From: an uncultured Actinomycetes bacterium
Lineage (GTDB): Bacteria > Actinomycetota > Thermoleophilia > Gaiellales > Gaiellaceae
Reading direction: 5' to 3'
NCBI GenBank assembly: GCA_963738205.1
Contig: CAVTVQ010000008.1
Coordinates: forward strand, 24,784-88,783
DNA: 64,000 bases
Position 1 is the stretch's first letter. Each line of letters starts with the position of its first letter. The notes under the pieces were generated by a model. The model made no database searches, was not told the DNA's origin, and worked only from the letters and a program-made list of their open reading frames with translations. Positions 45,792-54,786 of this stretch are shown one piece after another. The translations under genes were made by a program, and so were the position numbers.

Positions 45792-45829
45792 GCGGCGAGC
45801 ATGGTACGTCCGGGGGATGGCGGCGTCTG

Positions 45830-46282
45830 CGGCGACCAGTTGCGAACAAGGCGGGCAAGCTCGACAAGAGCTGGGCGCAGTCGGTGCGCGCGGGCCTGCG
45901 GGGCCGCCTGGGCGAACGGCGCTCAGGGCCCGGCCGGCCGGCCGGCGCCACAGGTCCGCAAGTGCCTGCAGGGCCCGCAGGGCCCGGAACCCGATGGGCA
46001 CATATCAAGGGTGACGGCTCTATCGCCGCGCAGTCAGGCGGCATCACGGTCATCCACGGTGGAGCCGGTTTCGTCACGTTCCCGGGCGCCGATGTCCTGA
46101 ACAAGCCCGTATTCGCGAGCTCTTCGCGCCTGATTGGCACGATCCCGCCGGCCCAGATCGAGGCGACTCCGTGCGGCGGTCGCACGCAGGGTATCGCCTG
46201 CACGCTGAGCAACAACCTGAACAGCGTGCTCGTCAACGCATCGGATTCGGCCGGGGCCGGGTTGGCACGGCCTTCTACCTGA
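45830..46282 (+). pseudogene. 5'-truncated collagen-like paralog remnant
   Basis: The frame ending at 46282 reads ..VANKAGKLDKSW..GPGRPAGATGPQVPAGPAGPG-TRWAHIKGDGSIAAQSGG... Its GXY run is interrupted by R and V. The junction TRxWAxxxxxGSIAxSxG parallels paralog 3 (VTRLWAVVNASGSIARSAG). There is no room for a signal peptide, because the divergent M29 gene starts at 45791. Confidence 0.35.
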
Positions 46283-46427
46283 CCGTCCTCCCGTAACGGT
46301 TCCTCGGTTCCCGGTTGGGCGAGCCGACCACAAGGCGCCGGCCGTAAACCCCTTGTATCTCCCGAAACATCGAGTTACCTTCGATACAGCAATCCCCAGG
46401 GGTTGGGGTCGAGGTGAGGGAGGAACT

Positions 46428-47200
46428 TTGAGGAACCGATTGCCACTCGTGCTGTCCGCGACCGCGCTGGTTGTTGCGGTCTTCGGCATCACGCCGCTCG
46501 GACAGGCCGCCGAGAACGTCGTCACGACGCACTTCGCGCGGAACGCCAACTTCCTGCGCGGGAAGGCGCCGTCCGTCGCGAAGAAGCCCAACACGGTCGT
46601 CGTCCGTGACGGCAAGGGCAACATCAAGGGTCTTTCCACGGCGCAGGGTCCACAGGGCGCGACCGGGCCGGCTGGGCCGGCTGGGCCGGCGGGGCCGGGC
46701 GGGCCGGGCGGGCCCGGGGGGCCGCCAGGCGCCACAGGACCGGCAGGGCCGTTGCTTGATACCTTCCGGCCGGCCGGACGCTTCGGGGTGAATGGTCGGT
46801 GATCGAGCATCCCACGGTTGCTGGGCAGCAGTTCGGGGACTCGATCACCTACCAGCTGCCTCTTTCCGCCGCACCGATACCCCATTACATCGAGGCTGGG
46901 GCGGGAGCGCCCGCGGGATGCAGCGGAACGCGCGTCAGTCCCGGGGCGAGTCCAGGTCACTTGTGTGTGTTCGAGGGTGAGACGGTGGGTGCCAATGCAG
47001 GTCGCTTATCTGCAACTGGTCGGCGAATAGCTGCAGCGGCCCCAGCGCACGAGGCTTCACGGTTCGTGCCATTCTCGAGCGGCGCTGGGCTGATGGAGAC
47101 GAACGGGACCTGGGCCGTGCAGGCGGCTGCAGGCGCACCCATTGCGGCCTCGGAGGCAATGCCGAGCCCACGGGGCGGCGCACCAGCTACGGAGCGCTAA
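46428..47200 (+). pseudogene. secreted collagen-like protein, paralog 2, frame broken once
   Basis: A TTG start follows GAGGGAGGAA. The signal peptide is LRNRLPLVLSATALVVAVFGITPLGQAAE, followed by FARNANFLRG and 12 GXY triplets. The text GPAGPLLDT continues as LPAGRTLRGEWSVIEHPTVAGQQFGDSITYQLPL in another frame. The switch is at about 46765, where ACC-CTT appears to read as ACCTT. Confidence 0.65.
46647..46751 (+). repeat. GXY collagen-like triplet repeat (coding)
   Basis: GPQGATGPAGPAGPAGPGGPGGPGGPPGATGPAGP, encoded by GGNCCN-rich DNA. Confidence 0.7.
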
Positions 47201-47361
47201 GACCTGGCCATAGGAACGGGTGAGTCCTGCGTCCCACGAGGCGTAGGACTCAACCCTGTCCCATCTCTTCGGCGTCGATTGCGCAGGCATCGATGGCCGT
47301 GGCCACGGACTTTGCGCAGGTAGCGCCGCAGCTCGACCGCTTCCCGCCGAACCAACTCGGC

Positions 47362-48019
47362 TCACGCGGCTCGCCGAACTAAGAACCCTCGGCCGATCCA
47401 CTCCTCGCCGCCCTCGTAGACCTCCTTCTTCCAGAGCGGCACGCGCTCCTTGAGCGTGTCGATCGCGTCCGGCAGGCGGCGAGCGCGTCCTGGCGGTGCG
47501 GGGCGGAGACGGCGATCGCGACGCTCGGCTCGCCGATCTCGACGCGGCCGGTGCGGTGGTGGATCGCGATGCCGCAGAGGTCGTAGCGCTCGCGTAGCTC
47601 CGCGGCGATCGTGTGCCATGACCTGCTCGGCCATGCCTTCGTAGGCCTCGTACTCGAGGTAGAGCACGGTCCGGTCGCGCGAGCGGGCGCGGACGGTGCC
47701 GAGGAAGGTCGCGATCGCCCCGGCCTGGTCGTCGGCGACCTCGGCGACCGGAGCGGTCGGGTCGAGCGGCTCCGAGGACAGCCGGAAGGCGCCGCCGGAA
47801 ACGGGCGGGATCAGCGCGACCTCGTCGCCTGCGGCGAGCGCGCTTCCGGGCTCGGCGTACTCGCGGTTGAGCGCATACAGAAGGCCTCGAGGCTCCGTCC
47901 CCGAGCGCGAGTGCCGGCCAGACGTCCGCGACCCGCGCGCCGTCGTCGAGCTCGAGCGCCCGCTCGCCGAATCCGGCCCGTTCGCGCAGCCCGGCGAACA
48001 GCCTCACGGTCACCTGCAC
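47362..48019 (-). pseudogene. MoaD-MoaE fused molybdopterin synthase (MoaX-like), three frame breaks
   Basis: The MoaD part is VQVTVRLFAGLRERAGFGERALEL...DEVALIPPVSGG. It runs with no stop codon into the MoaE part AFRLSSEPLD..GAIATFLGTVR..VLYLEYEAYEGMAEQV..[IAAELRERYDLCGIAIHHRTGRVEIGEPSVAIAVSAPHRQDALAACR in another frame]..DAIDTLKERVPLWKKEVYEGGEEWIG. The breaks are at about 47895, 47612 and 47472. Confidence 0.7.
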
Positions 48020-48167
48020 GGGCCTGAGCGTACTCGGCGGACCGATATGTGTTTGAAAGCGTAAGACGCGGGGTATGCGAGAACAACGGCGCCCGTCGCG
48101 CAGTGACCGGCCTTTAGCCGGCAGCTTTGAGGGGGGCTGCGGCGGGCGCCTTCTTCTACCGCCTACG

Positions 48168-49755
48168 ATGAGTCCCATGGCGACCGCCGAGGATCGGCGC
48201 GAGACCGACTCCGGGATCGAGATCAAGCCCGTCTACACGGCGGACGACGTCGCCGACCCCGAGCTGGAGCTGCCGGGCGAGGCGCCGTTCACGCGCGGGC
48301 CCTATCCGGACATGTACCGCGGGCGTCCGTGGACGATCCGCCAGTACGCGGGCTTCGCGTCCGCCGAGGAGACGAATGCGCGCTTCCGCTACCTGCTCGA
48401 CCGCGGCCAGACCGGGCTCTCCGTCGCCTTCGACCTGCCGACGCAGCTCGGCTACGACTCCGACGACGAACGGGCCGCTCGGCGAGGTCGGCCGCACCGG
48501 CGTGGCGATCGACTCGCTTGCCGACATGGAGCTGCTGTTCGAGGGGATCCCGCTCGGCGAGGTCTCGACCTCGATGACGATCAACGCGCCCGCGTCGCTC
48601 CTCGTCCTGCTCTACGAGCTGGTCGCGGAGAAGCAGGGCGTACCGGGCGAGGCCCTACGGGGCACGGCCCAGAACGACATCCTCAAGGAGTACTGCGCGC
48701 GCGGGAACTACATCTTCCCGCCCCGGCCCTCGATGCGGATCACGACCGACCTGTTCGCATACTGCCACGAGCGGCTGCCGCGCTGGAACACGATCTCGAT
48801 CTCCGGCTACCACATCCGCGAGGCGGGCTCGACCGCCGTCCAGGAGCTGGCGTTCACGCTCGCGAACGGGATCGCGTACTGCCAGGCCGCCGTCGACGCC
48901 GGCCTCTCGCCCGACGAGTTCGGCGCGCGCCTGTCGTTCTTCTTCAACGCGCACAACCACTTCTTCCAGGAGGTGGCGAAGTTCCGGGCGGCGCGGCGGC
49001 TTGTGGGCGCGGATCATGAGCGAGCGGTTCGGCGCGACGAATCCGAAGGCGCTGGCGCTGCGCTTCCACGCGCAGACCGGCGGCTCGACGCTGACCGCGC
49101 AGCAGCCGGAGAACAACGTCGTGCGGGTGGCGATCCAGGCGCTCTCGGCGGTCTCCGGTGGCGCGCAGTCGATCCACACGAACGGGTACGACGAGGCCCT
49201 GGCCCTGCCGACCGAGCGTTCGGCGCGGATCGCGCTGCGCACGCAGCAGATCCTCGCGAACGAGGCGGGCGGGCACGGACACGGCCGACCCGCTCGGCGG
49301 CGCGTACTTCATCGAGAGCCTGACCAGCGAGCTCGAGGAGCGCGCCTGGGAGCTGATCGGCCAGGTGGACGAGCTCGGCGGTGCGGTCGAGGCGATCGAG
49401 CGCGGGTTCGTGCAGCGGGAGATCGAGGAGGCGGCGTTCCGCTACAACGAGCAGGTCGAGTCGGGCGAGCGGGTGATCGTCGGGGTCAACGAGTACGTCG
49501 AGGAGGAGAAGGAGCCGATCGAGCTCCACCGCCTCGATCCCGCGGCCGAGCAGCGACAGCTCGAGCGGACGGCCCGGGTGCGGGCCGAGCGTGACGCCGA
49601 GGTCGCCGCCGCGGCACTCGTCGCGGTGCGCGAGGCGGCGCGCGGCGACGCGAACCTGCTCCCCCCGATGCGCGAGGCGCTGCGCGCCTACTGCACCGTA
49701 GGCGAGATCTGCAACGACGCTCCGAGACGAGTTCGGAACGTACGACGCCCAGTGA
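48168..49755 (+). pseudogene. methylmalonyl/isobutyryl-CoA mutase family large (substrate-binding) subunit, four frame breaks
   Basis: The pieces, in three frames, are: [55 protein letters not shown], then [17 protein letters not shown]...[12 protein letters not shown]...[14 protein letters not shown], then [11 protein letters not shown]...[16 protein letters not shown]...[13 protein letters not shown], then [13 protein letters not shown]...TVGEICND, then LRDEFGTYDAQ*. The breaks are at about 48471, 48999, 49270 and 49720. No B12-binding domain is present. Confidence 0.8.
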
Positions 49756-49866
49756 GCCAGGCCCTCCGGGGCCGGCCGCTGACCACCCACCGCTGTCGAT
49801 CCTAATCCGGCGAGACGCGTGGATGTGTGACGGCTCCGTGTCGAAAGCGTCGAAGATGGCGCCGGC

Positions 49867-50892
49867 GTGAAGATCCTGCTCGTCTCCCAGATGTACCCGG
49901 GGCCCGACGACGCCCGACCACGGCGTCTTCGTCGAGCAGCTCGCCGACGCGCTCGAGGACCGCGGCCACAGCTCGAGCGCGCGGTGCTCCGACGCCGCGC
50001 CGGCGGCCGCAGGCGCTACGCAACCCTCTTCGCGCAAGGCACGCCGGGCGGCGAAGCGCTTCCAGCCGGACGTCGTCTACGCACACTTCCTCGTCCCGAC
50101 CGGCCTGCTCGCCGGCTTCGCGACGCGCGCGCCGCTCGTCGTCACGGCGCACGGCCGCGACGTCCGCAACATCGGCTCGATCCCCGGCGTCCGTGCCGCC
50201 ACTCGTGCGGTCGCGCGTCGCGCGTCGGCGCTCATCGCCGTCTCGGCGATACCTGCGCAACGAGCTCGAGGCGCGCGTCCCCGAGGCGCGCGGCAAGGTC
50301 GAGGTCGTCGACTCCGGCGTCGACCTGACCGCCTTCAAGGGCGCAGACCCGCGCGCAGCGCGCGACCGAGCTCGACTGGGACGGCGACGGGCCCGCGTTC
50401 CTCTGCGTCGGGACGCTCGACGAACGCAAGAACGTCATGCGGCTCGCCCGCGCGTTCGAGCGCCTCGGCGAGGGGCGCCTCGCGTTCGTCGGCGACGGCC
50501 CGCTCCGCGACGCTCTCGAAGGCAGGCACGGCGTCCGCGTCGTCGGCCGCGTCCCGCACGACGAGGTCGCGCGCTGGGTCGCCGCCAGTGACGTCGTCTG
50601 CCAGCCGAGCCTCGTCGAGCCGTTCGGCCAGGCGCTGCTCGAGGCGATGGCGAGCGAGCGGTCGGTCGTGGCGACGAAGGTCGGGGGGCCGCCTGAGTTC
50701 GTCACCGACGGCGCAGGCGTCCTCGTCGACCCCGAGGACGAGCGGTCGATCGAGGAAGGGCTTCGAGCCGCGGCGCAACTCCCCACCCCGAACCCGGCGG
50801 CGCGGGCGGCGGCCGAGCCGCACGACGTCAGGCGTCAGGCGGAGCGGGTGGAGGCGATTCTCGAGCGAGCCGCTCGAGGTCGGCCAGCCTGA
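49867..50892 (+). pseudogene. GT4-family glycosyltransferase, about five frame breaks
   Basis: The pieces are: MKILLVSQMYPGPDD, PDHGVFVEQLADALEDRGH, LERAVLRRRAGGRRRYATLFAQ, ARRAAKRFQPDVVYAHFLVPTGLLAG..VVTAHGRDV..LIAVS, YLRNELEARVPEARGKVEVVDSGVDL, and ELDWDGDGPAFLCVGTLDERKNV...SLVEPFGQALLEAMASERSVVATKVGG. The breaks are at about 49912, 49972, 50035, 50245 and 50365. Confidence 0.75.
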
Positions 50893-51059
50893 GCTCCACC
50901 AAGCGGCCGAACGCGGTCCTCGATGCCCGCCTCCCTCGCGACGGCGAGCGCCTGCTCGTAGCTCTCTCGCGCCTTCGCCGCTGAGACGCCCTGCTTGAGC
51001 CGGTTGTCGCCGGTGACCAGGAGCTTCTGGATGCGGCTTCGGGCTTCGTCGGTCCCCAT
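50835..51059 (-). CDS. small hypothetical protein (possibly frameshifted near 50900)
   Basis: MGTDEARSRIQKLLVTGDNRLKQGVSAAKARESYEQALAVAREAGIEDRV... has plausible GC3. The tail looks out of frame: LVELRLADLERLARE is readable after a 1-nt shift. It overlaps the glycosyltransferase 3' end convergently. Confidence 0.3.
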   Translation of the reverse strand: MGTDEARSRIQKLLVTGDNRLKQGVSAAKARESYEQALAVAREAGIEDRVRPLGGAQAGRPRAARSRIASTRSA

Positions 51060-51102
51060 GGTGCGAAGCCTAGTCGTCCAGTTTTGCGTTAATGGGCGAC
51101 AG

Positions 51103-51498
51103 ATGACAGCCGCTCCCCAACCCCTCGAGGAGCGGATCCGCGTCCTGATTGCCGACGACGAAGAGCTCTTCGTCGAGATGCTCGAGGCAATGCTCAGCGC
51201 GGATCCCCGCATCGACGTCGTCGCCCGCGCCTACAACGGACGGGAGGCGGTCGAGCGCGCGCTCGAGCTCGACCCCGACGTAACCCTGATGGACATCGCC
51301 ATGCCGCAGGTCGACGGAATCCAGGCGATCGCCGAGATCCGCGGGGCGGACCCTGAGGCGCGCATCCTCGTGCTCACCGGCGGCAACAACCCGGCGGACA
51401 TCGACCAGGCGCGCAAGGCCGGTGCGGCCGGCTACCTGACGAAGGACCGGATCGCGACCGAGCTGCTCCCCGCGATCTACGACCTCGGCGCCCGTTAG
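51103..51498 (+). CDS. stand-alone receiver-domain response regulator (CheY-like)
   Basis: 131 aa: RVLIADDEELFVEML..., phospho-acceptor context DVTLMDIAMPQVDG, ILVLTG, AGAAGYLTKD. There is no output domain. Confidence 0.85.
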   Translation: MTAAPQPLEERIRVLIADDEELFVEMLEAMLSADPRIDVVARAYNGREAVERALELDPDVTLMDIAMPQVDGIQAIAEIRGADPEARILVLTGGNNPADIDQARKAGAAGYLTKDRIATELLPAIYDLGAR

Positions 51499-51516
51499 CT
51501 ACCCTCTCCGACGCCC

Positions 51517-51738
51517 ATGGTTGCGGTTCTCGTCTTCTGGCACTTCATCGTGTCGCTCGCGCTGATCGGGCTCGTGCTCATGCACTCCGGGCGCGACACG
51601 GGCATGTCCGGGATGGGCTTCGTGCCGGCGTCTCAGGGCGGGACGCACATCGTCGAGAAGAACCTCACGCGCCTGACGATCGTGACGGCGACGATCTTCT
51701 TCACGAACACGATCGTGCTCTTCCGAGTGTTCTCCTAG
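51517..51738 (+). CDS. secG: preprotein translocase subunit SecG
   Basis: 73 aa with two TM helices and the typical LVLMHSGRDTGMSG loop. Confidence 0.8.
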   Translation: MVAVLVFWHFIVSLALIGLVLMHSGRDTGMSGMGFVPASQGGTHIVEKNLTRLTIVTATIFFTNTIVLFRVFS

Positions 51739-53099
51739 AGCCCCGGGCCGGAGCCCGAGCCCGTCACGTTGAAGTTGCCCGTGGCGAGCGCCGGCGTCAG
51801 CACGCCCTGGGGATAGCGCTCGTCGTAGAACTGGCTCTGGTTCACGAGCAGCCTCGCACGCGTCAGTCCGGGCACCTCGGCGAGCAGGTCGGGGACGGCG
51901 ACCGTGAAGCGGAGGTTGACCAGCGGCTCCGCGATCCGGCCGCCGCGGATCCGGAACGTGCCGTCGCGCGTCATGCCCGTGATCACGCCCTCGCGCGGGT
52001 TGACGATGCCGAGGTAGTGGAGGCGCGTGACGTAGATGCCCTCGTCGACGAGCGCCGCGAGCTCCTCGACCGACTCCGCCTCACCCGGCGCCACCGCCAG
52101 CGCGGTCGGCATCGGCCCGTAGACGCGGAGTCGGCGGCGGAGGCGCGTGGCCCGTCGACACGACGCCGTTCGGCGAGCGCGCCGCAGTGGCGCGATCCCA
52201 GACGACGCCTCTGGCGATGCCGTCCTCGATCAGCGGCACCTTCCGCTTGGGCACGCCTTCGAAGTCGAACGCCTTCGGCAGCCCGGCCGGGTCGAGCGGG
52301 TCGTCCCAGATCGAGACCTTCGGGTCGGCGATGCGCTCGCCGATCCGTCCGCTCAGCGCGCTGCGCTCCTCCAGCAGGCCGAGCCCGCTGAAGCTGTCCC
52401 ACGCGAACCACTGCAGCAGCTCGCCGATCGCGTACGGCTCGAGCACGGCGGCGTACCGCCCGGGCTCGAGCGGGGCGGCTCCGCGCGTTCGCTCAGCCGT
52501 TTCCGAGGCTTCGCGCCCGACGCCGCGGGGCTCGACCTGGCCCGCGCGCCACGCAGTCCGCTCGGCATACCCGGAGGCGTCCTCGGCGGCGCCGATCACC
52601 AGCGTCGTCGCGTCGGTCATCGGCTGGTAGGCGGACACGCCCGTCGAGGTCGCGACCGCGAGCTCGGAGCGGGCGCTCGTGAAGAAGCCGTAGGCGGCGA
52701 AGGGTGCTGCGGCCTCGATCGCCTCCCCGGCGAGTCTCGCCTGGCCTTCCGCGCCGAGCCCTGCGGTCTCCTCGTCGTAGCCGTCGACGTCCGGGTAGCG
52801 GCGCGGGCTCGGCGAACCCGGGGAAGTCCGGGTCCGGCGGCGCCAGGTCGGCCGCGTCGGCGGCGCGCTTGGCGAGCTCGCGCAGGTCGTCGGGCTCGAG
52901 GCGGTTCGTGAGCGCCGAGCCGAGCCGCCCGTCGCGCAGCGACGCGGAGCTGCACGACGGCGTTCTCGATCAGCGTCGGCTGGTGGACTTCGGAGTTGGC
53001 GAAGCGGGCGAAGCCGGAGCTCTCGCTCTGGACGACGACCTCGGCCGCGTCGGCCTCGGCCGCGGCGAGCGCGCGTTCGGCCAATTCGAGGGCGGTCAC
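51735..53099 (-). pseudogene. pmbA: metalloprotease PmbA/TldE, three frame breaks
   Basis: The GTG at 53099 overlaps the tldD stop (GTGA). The pieces are: VTALELAERALAAAEADAAEVVVQSESSGFARFANSEVHQPT..QLRV, LRDGRLGSALTNRLEPDDLRELAKRA..., DVDGYDEETAG...GVSAYQPMTDATT...FDFEGVPKRKVPLIEDG..STGHA, and YGPMPTALAVAPGE...GIYVTRLHYLG...GTFRIRGG. The breaks are at about 52938, 52795 and 52125. Confidence 0.8.
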
Positions 53100-54533
53100 G
53101 CCTTGACGCCGATCTGGACGTCGCGGAAGCGGGCCGGCGAGGCGCCGTGCGAGACGTGTCCGTCCTGGCCCGGCTGGCCCTTGCCGCAGTTCGTCAGGCC
53201 CTTCAGCTGCCAGTGCTCTGCGCCCGCCGACGGCGTCGAGCCGGCCCCAGAACACGGGCGTCACGCCGGTGTATGTCGCGTCGCGGAGCATCCGGCCGAG
53301 CTTCCCGTTCGTGATCTCCCAGGCGATCTGCGTGCCGAACTGGAAGTTCAGGCGCTTGTCGTCGATCGACCAGCTCTTGTTCGTCTCGAGGTAGACGCCG
53401 TCGTCGACGCCGGCGACCAGGTCCTCCAACGAGCCGCCGTCGCCGGGCTCGAGGTGCAGGTTGGTCATGCGCACGAGCGGCATCCGGCTCCAGCCGTCGG
53501 CCCGCATCGAGCCGCCCTCGCCGTGACCGAGCTTCGCCGCCGTCTCGCGCGAGGTGAGGAAGCCGCGCAGGACGCCGGACTCGACGATCGGCTCGCGCCG
53601 CGCGGGGACGCCCTCGTCGTCGAACGCGAACGTCCCGAGCCCGCCGGGCGTGGTCGAGTCGGCGGTGACGTTCATCACCTCGGAGCCGTAGCGGAGCGAC
53701 CCCAGGTCCTCCGGCTTCAGGAAGCTCGTCCCGGCGTAGGCGGCCTCGGTGCCGTAGACCCGGTCGAGCTCGGTCGGGTGACCGATCGACTCGTGCACCT
53801 GGAGCATCATCTGATCGGGGTCGAGAACCACCGTCGTCGTGCCGGCCGGGCACTCGTCCGCACGCAGGAGCGCGCTGGCCTGCTCGCCCACCCGCGGCGC
53901 CTCGCGCACGAAGTCGAGGCCCTCGACGTACTCCCAGCCGGCCTGGCTGCTGGAGCCGCCGTGCGCGCTCGGGTAGCTGCGCACCTGGAAGAGCCCGTCG
54001 GCGGTGGCGATCGCCTCGATGCCGCCGCCCGTCTCGACCAGCTCCTGCTCGATCACGCTGCCGATCGACGAGACGAACAGCTTGTGCTCGCGGTGCACGC
54101 GCACGAAGGCGGAGCGCACGGACACGTCGGCGTGCTGCATCTCCTGCTCGGCCTGCAGGCACAGGGCGACCTTGTCGGCGATCGAAACGGAGAAGGGATC
54201 GCGCTCGAGGGGTGTCCGGTAGGCGGCCTCGTGGGCGTCGACCGGCGCAAGCGAGCGCTCGTGCCCGCCCGGTGCGGCCTTGGCGAACGCGCTCGCGCGG
54301 AGCGCTGCCTCGCGAGCTCCCTCGGGCGTGGAGCGGCGGTCGGCGGCGAAGCCCCAGGCGCCGTCTACGAGGACGCGCACGCCGATCCCTTCGCTGTCGA
54401 GGTCGCTGATCTCCTCGACCTGGCCGTTCTTCGTCGCCACCAGCTGGGCGCGGCGCAGGACGACGCGCGCGTCCGCATACGAGGCGCCGGCCCCGATTGC
54501 CGTGTCGACCGCCGTTTCGCAGAGCTGCCGCAT
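53096..54533 (-). pseudogene. tldD: metalloprotease TldD, one frame break near the C-terminus
   Basis: 437 aa are intact (MRQLCETAVDTAIGAGASYADARV...HESIGHPTELDR...TPVFWGRLDAVGG). The conserved ending AEHWQLKGLTNCGKGQPGQDGHVSHGASPARFRDVQIGVKA* is in another frame. The break is at about 53222. Confidence 0.85.
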
Positions 54534-54551
54534 CCGCGCCTAGATTAGAGA

Positions 54552-54571
54552 GAGCCGCCTGGAGGCGGCTC
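54552..54571 (-). terminator. hairpin downstream of tRNA-Leu
   Basis: GAGCCGCC-TGGA-GGCGGCTC is a perfect 8-bp stem lying 6 nt after the tRNA 3' end. It is followed on the minus strand by TCTCTAATCTA. Confidence 0.45.
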
Positions 54572-54577
54572 GTTCGA

Positions 54578-54663
54578 TGCGCTGGAGAGGACTTGAACCT
54601 CCACGGCCGTTTAAGGCCACTAGGCCCTCAACCTAGCGCGTCTACCAATTCCGCCACCAGCGC
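54578..54663 (-). tRNA. tRNA-Leu (anticodon GAG)
   Basis: 86 nt: GCGCTGG-TG-GCGGAATTGGTAGACGC-GCTAGGTTGAGGGCCTAG-TGGCCTTAAACGGCCGT-GGAGGTTCAAGTCCTCT-CCAGCGC-A. It has a 7-bp acceptor stem, a long variable arm and anticodon loop UUGAGGG. CCA is not encoded. Confidence 0.95.
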
Positions 54664-54750
54664 TCGAGAGGGAGCGGCCATTGTACCGACGGCCGCGCCG
54701 GCTCCCGGAACGCGGTTTGACGTCGTCCGGAGGAGTCTCTACTCTGGTGG

Positions 54751-54764
54751 CGAACGTATGTTCG
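54751..54764 (+). promoter_or_regulatory. SOS (LexA) box, CGAAC-N4-GTTCG
   Basis: CGAACGTATGTTCG is a perfect Gram-positive/actinobacterial-type LexA operator palindrome, 23 nt upstream of the lexA ATG. Confidence 0.75.
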
Positions 54765-54786
54765 CCAACGATCGCGAGGAGGCGGG

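Noticed and set aside
42405-46236. ORFs 42405..45371 (+, 988 aa) and 43969..46236 (-, 755 aa)
   Set aside because: They span several independently well-supported genes (LOG, M50, collagen-like, M29) on the opposite strand or in other frames. Their translations are repetitive and Arg/Pro-rich, with no domain signatures.
44299-46751. GGNCCN-rich periodic DNA considered as a possible tandem repeat or CRISPR-like array
   Set aside because: The 9-nt periodicity is the coding signature of Gly-X-Y collagen-like repeats inside ORFs. There are no conserved direct repeats separated by unique spacers and no cas genes.
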